Assembly (NCBI GenBank): GCA_934096175.1
Contig: CAKOLG010000003.1
Span: 1-64,000, forward strand
DNA from: an uncultured Bacilli bacterium
GTDB lineage: Bacteria; Bacillota_I; Bacilli_A; RF39; UBA660
DNA: 64,000 bases
Direction of reading: 5' to 3'
A program made the position numbers and the translations under genes. This document shows positions 60,663-64,000 of the stretch, in pieces. The notes beneath the pieces are model-generated. The model was not told where the DNA came from. It saw nothing but the letters and a program-made list of their open reading frames with translations, and searched no databases. Numbering within the stretch: the stretch's first letter is position 1; each line of letters opens with the position of its first letter.

Positions 60663-61585
60663 ATTTTTAAATATCTCCTTACAGTCATGTAACTTCCAAT
60701 CATGCCAACTAAGGCGCCAACGCCAACTAACATTAAAGATAGGTAGATAGTAAAAGGCATTGGATTTAACATTTCAATAAAATTAGTAAATAAGTGTTTG
60801 TCTAATTTATCAAAGGCAATTATGTATCCCCAAATTGTAGCTACTACAGGAATTATTGAACCTATTATACCTAAGAATAAACCTTCTATAACAAAGGGAA
60901 GTTTTATAACAAAGTTGCTATTTCCTACTAAGCGCATTATTTCTATTTCTGTACGTCTAGCAAATATAGTAAGTCTTATGGTGTTACAGATCAAAAATAT
61001 TGTAACTAGGACTAAACCACCTATTATGACAATGGAAACTTTTTTTACAACGTCAAATACAGGCAGCATTTTATCAATTACATCTTTACTGTATTGTACG
61101 TTTGTTATATGCTCAATTTTTTTTAAGGTTTCTGCTGTTTGTTCAAGTTGTTCTATATTTTTAACTGATATTATAAATTCTGATTCTAGAGGATTGTTTT
61201 CTGTTGTCCAAGAATTCATTACTACACATAATGAAGAATTGTTATTCCCTTCTTGACACATATCATTGATTGTTTCTTCTTTTATTTGTTCTTTAGTTTT
61301 ATATTGTAATTCATCGCTTTTAACATTTTTAATTTCTAATATTTTACTTTTTACTAAGTTTATATTCTCATCTGTAGCATTTTTGTCAACAAAAACCAAA
61401 ATTGTTAATGTTTCTTCTAAGTCTTTAGTAAAATTATTAATATTTACTGATAATATTGTGGCTATAGATACTATAAGTAATGTTATTGTTGTGCAAACGA
61501 TTGAAGCTACACTTAAACTAAAATTTCGCGAAATACTTTTTAAAGCACTTCTGACATTTCTACCGAATATTCTAATTAATTTCAT
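60659..61585 (-). CDS. ftsX: Cell-division ABC transporter permease-like protein FtsX.
   Basis: Four-TM topology with a large extracellular loop; overlaps ftsE. Confidence 0.85.
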   Translation of the reverse strand: MKLIRIFGRNVRSALKSISRNFSLSVASIVCTTITLLIVSIATILSVNINNFTKDLEETLTILVFVDKNATDENINLVKSKILEIKNVKSDELQYKTKEQIKEETINDMCQEGNNNSSLCVVMNSWTTENNPLESEFIISVKNIEQLEQTAETLKKIEHITNVQYSKDVIDKMLPVFDVVKKVSIVIIGGLVLVTIFLICNTIRLTIFARRTEIEIMRLVGNSNFVIKLPFVIEGLFLGIIGSIIPVVATIWGYIIAFDKLDKHLFTNFIEMLNPMPFTIYLSLMLVGVGALVGMIGSYMTVRRYLKI

Positions 61586-62273
61586 CTGCTGTATATTTTC
61601 CTTTCATAGTATCGTTGGTTAAAACACCATTTTCTAAGGTTATAACTCTTTTTTTCATTGAGTTAACGATTTCTTTATCATGGGTTACCATAATAACTGT
61701 TGTGCCCATTTCTTTGTTAATGTTGTTTATTACTTTGACTATTTCTTTTGATGTTTTAGGATCTAAATTTCCAGTTGGTTCATCACAAATTAATACTTTT
61801 GGATCATTTACAATAGCTCTGGCAATACATACTCTTTGTTGTTCACCTCCAGATAGTTGATTAGGAAAACTTCTAATTTTTTCTTTTAAACCAACTCTTT
61901 CTAATGCTTTTAAAACTAATTTTTTTATTTCTTTTGTTTTCATTCCTAAGTTTTCTAGGCCAAAAGCTACATTTTCATATACTGTCAATTTAGGCAGAAG
62001 TTTAAAATCTTGGAATACAATTCCAAGCTTTCGTCTTAATTTATATACTCTACTATTGTATAATTTGGCAACATTTATGCCTCCGACCATTACTTGACCT
62101 TTGGTAGGTTTTTCTTCTCTATATAAAAGCTTAACAAAAGTTGATTTACCACATCCTGATGCGCCAGTAACAAAGACAAATTCGCCTTTATCAATAGTTA
62201 ATGTTAAATCAGCTATAGCTGTAACTCCATTTTTATAAACTTTATAGCAATTTTTAATATCTATAAATTTCAT
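61572..62273 (-). CDS. ftsE: Cell-division ATP-binding protein FtsE. Start placed at MKFIDIK.
   Basis: GASGCGKST, LSGGEQQRV and LICDEPTGNLD motifs. Confidence 0.9.
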   Translation of the reverse strand: MKFIDIKNCYKVYKNGVTAIADLTLTIDKGEFVFVTGASGCGKSTFVKLLYREEKPTKGQVMVGGINVAKLYNSRVYKLRRKLGIVFQDFKLLPKLTVYENVAFGLENLGMKTKEIKKLVLKALERVGLKEKIRSFPNQLSGGEQQRVCIARAIVNDPKVLICDEPTGNLDPKTSKEIVKVINNINKEMGTTVIMVTHDKEIVNSMKKRVITLENGVLTNDTMKGKYTADEIN

Positions 62274-62313
62274 GTACATCACCATCTACTTTAATTATAA
62301 CAAAAATAACCAT

Positions 62314-63219
62314 TTAAATAAATGGAAATTTTTCTCTTCGATGTCCACCGTAAACTTCGTAACAATCGCTTATTATAAAAAAAGCTTGAGGATCAATTGT
62401 TTGAATTGTATTTTTAAACATGTAGTAATCTTTGGTTGATATAACACTCATGATTATGTTATTTGTTTCGTTGCTATGTCCTCCATCTGCTTTCATGATT
62501 GTATAACCGGTATTGATACTTTTTATAAATTCAATTATTTTTTCAGGTTTTTTGGTTTGAATAAAAAACATTTTGCTATCAGATATTCCTAGCATTATTT
62601 TATCGACTAAGAAGCTATTTATTAAAATTACAATAGTAGCATAAATTGCTTTACTAGGGCCAAAAATCATTGCTCCTGTTAGAATAACAATAATATTTAC
62701 ACAAAACGAAGCTGTTCCTGCAGGAATTTTTAAGTATTTACTAATAATTTGGATAGGAATGTCAGAGCCACCCGTTGTAAAACCTGTCTTATATATAAAA
62801 CCGTTGGCAGTACCAAATAATAAACCACTAATTATCGCTATAAGAATAAAATCATCAAAGATTAATTTGGTAGCCAAGTAATCGCACATTCCACTAGTTA
62901 GAGAAACAAATAAGGGATAAAGTAGTGCACCAATTATCGTCATTCCAGTTTTTCTAGCACCTAATAAGAAAAAACTAAGAATTACAAAGATAACGTTAAC
63001 AATAAATAAAAAAATGGCTGAGTTAAGTCCGGTGTAATGGTTAACAATGATTGCAAGTCCACTTGTTCCACCAATTACAAGATTATTATGTAATAAAAAT
63101 AAGTTGTAATTTACGGCAAGAATAAAGGCTCCGATAATTGTTATGATTATTCTACTTAAAAAATCTTTAGAACAAACTTCGTCCATAATTTTTTTATATT
63201 CAAATTTCATATTTTTCAC
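62314..63219 (-). CDS. YitT-family membrane protein (DUF161 + DUF2179).
   Basis: Five-TM N-terminal domain plus a C-terminal soluble domain. Confidence 0.7.
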   Translation of the reverse strand: MKNMKFEYKKIMDEVCSKDFLSRIIITIIGAFILAVNYNLFLLHNNLVIGGTSGLAIIVNHYTGLNSAIFLFIVNVIFVILSFFLLGARKTGMTIIGALLYPLFVSLTSGMCDYLATKLIFDDFILIAIISGLLFGTANGFIYKTGFTTGGSDIPIQIISKYLKIPAGTASFCVNIIVILTGAMIFGPSKAIYATIVILINSFLVDKIMLGISDSKMFFIQTKKPEKIIEFIKSINTGYTIMKADGGHSNETNNIIMSVISTKDYYMFKNTIQTIDPQAFFIISDCYEVYGGHRREKFPFI

Positions 63220-63279
63220 CTATTATAATTATACTATATTTTTTTGTTTTGGCATATACTTTGGTGAGGTGAAAGAAAT

Positions 63280-63636
63280 ATGAATGGAACATATTACCAA
63301 AATCCAACTTTTCCGACTATTGATAATTTAAATTATAGTAATTCAATGAATGATAATAATACTCCTTTGGAAGATTTACCTATGCAACAAAGTTATATCG
63401 AAAATATTTTAAGGCATAATAAAGGGAAGAAAGTTAAAGCCTACGTCAGTTTTCCTGATGCTAATGAGTGGAAAGATAAGATTTTTGAAGGAATTATCGA
63501 ACAATCTGGAAGAGATCATTTAATTATTAGAGACCCTAAGAATGGACATTGGTATTTGATTTTAATGATATATTTGGATTATGTTGAATTTGATGAAAAA
63601 ATTGATTATACAGAAAAAAATCCATTTCAGAAATAA
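63280..63636 (+). CDS. GerQ (YwdL)-like spore coat protein: an N/Q-rich N-terminus followed by a conserved C-terminal block.
   Basis: SYIENILRHNKGKKV...FPD..EWKDK.F.G.IE.SGRDH....DP..G.WYL..MIYLDYVEFDE matches the GerQ C-terminal domain as recalled from memory. Confidence 0.5.
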   Translation: MNGTYYQNPTFPTIDNLNYSNSMNDNNTPLEDLPMQQSYIENILRHNKGKKVKAYVSFPDANEWKDKIFEGIIEQSGRDHLIIRDPKNGHWYLILMIYLDYVEFDEKIDYTEKNPFQK

Positions 63637-64000
63637 TTACTGAAATGGATTTTTTCTTCGCCTAATGTAGTAGCTGGACCATGTCCAGGATAAATTTTTG
63701 TATCATCAGGATAAGAGCAAATATTTTTTAAGCTTTCTATCATATCTTTGGTGTTACCACCTAAGTCTGTTCGACCAATACCATTTTTAAAAATAAAGTC
63801 GCCAACAAACATAATTTTTTCATCAACAAAATAAAACGTTTGGGAATCATTTGTATGTCCAGGTGTTGCAATTATTTCCATTTTAAAATTAGTACTTTCT
63901 AATTTATTTATATTTAAATTGTAATAGCTTAAACATTCTTCTAATGCACCAATATGATCTAAATGAAAGTGGGTTACTAAACAGGCCACTACTTTTTTAT
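63627..64000 (-). CDS. MBL-fold metallo-hydrolase (glyoxalase II-like), 3' part only. The gene continues beyond the window edge.
   Basis: HFHLDHIG and TPGHT motifs; the ORF is open to the window end. Confidence 0.6.
   Translation of the reverse strand, partial: KKVVACLVTHFHLDHIGALEECLSYYNLNINKLESTNFKMEIIATPGHTNDSQTFYFVDEKIMFVGDFIFKNGIGRTDLGGNTKDMIESLKNICSYPDDTKIYPGHGPATTLGEEKIHFSNYF

Noticed and set aside
55702-61860. Other shadow ORFs (55702, 57306, 57997, 58583, 59399, 59837, 60382, 60798, 61266, 61615)
   Set aside because: Each is antisense to, or nested in, a well-supported gene. 59399-59680 overlaps the 3' end of the M23 peptidase gene and the terminator palindrome.
1-64000. UGA-as-Trp (Mollicute) recoding
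   Set aside because: Conserved genes such as PheT, SecY and RpoA read through at full length with TGA as stop, and TGA terminates several genes cleanly.
1-64000. CRISPR arrays, transposases or integrases
   Set aside because: No regularly spaced direct repeats and no IS, tyrosine- or serine-recombinase signatures were found by inspection. The islands near the tRNA and tmRNA genes lack mobility genes in this window.

Overview
This is an AT-rich Firmicute-type window with no CRISPR array and no obvious transposase or integrase. Long uninterrupted ORFs, including PheT at 788 aa, indicate the standard genetic code, and TGA behaves as a stop. The window has two halves.

- **Accessory half (1-30.3 kb).** It begins with an unknown overlapping gene pair. 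Next come an NMT1/SsuABC-like ABC importer and a membrane-anchored HExxH peptidase. These are followed by a SipW-type signal peptidase operon with two putative substrate genes and a GtrB-like glycosyltransferase. Downstream are a YdjG/H/I-like membrane-stress module (Tim44-like zinc-ribbon proteins plus an SPFH zinc-ribbon protein) and a DUF3006 gene paired with a secreted ComEC-like MBL hydrolase. Further along lie tRNA-Cys, a six-gene envelope cluster containing a signal-less 3xLysM protein and a HipA-like pseudokinase, a CYTH protein, tRNA-Thr, an ABC exporter and tmRNA. This half ends with a J-domain-like membrane protein paired with a 739-aa surface protein built from at least 16 'YxCPxGYTxxGxxC' cysteine-pair repeats.
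- **Core half (30.4-64 kb).** It comprises pheST behind a Phe T-box leader, a coiled-coil protein and the complete S10-spc-alpha ribosomal cluster (rpsJ to rplQ, with no rpmD and no map). Beyond that is a gap-pgk-[Spo0A-like]-gpmI glycolytic cluster that lacks tpiA and contains a Spo0A homologue with a degenerate receiver domain. The half finishes with yvcK-whiA, ftsEX plus a coiled-coil M23 peptidase, a YitT protein, a GerQ-like spore-coat protein and a truncated MBL hydrolase.

The Spo0A-like, GerQ-like, SipW and LysM genes point to a sporulating or ex-sporulating lineage. The best candidates for new biology are the J-like plus Cys-repeat pair, the Spo0A-like pseudo-receiver gene inside the glycolytic operon, the SipW module, and the tRNA/tmRNA-bounded accessory blocks that share a 3'-trailer motif.
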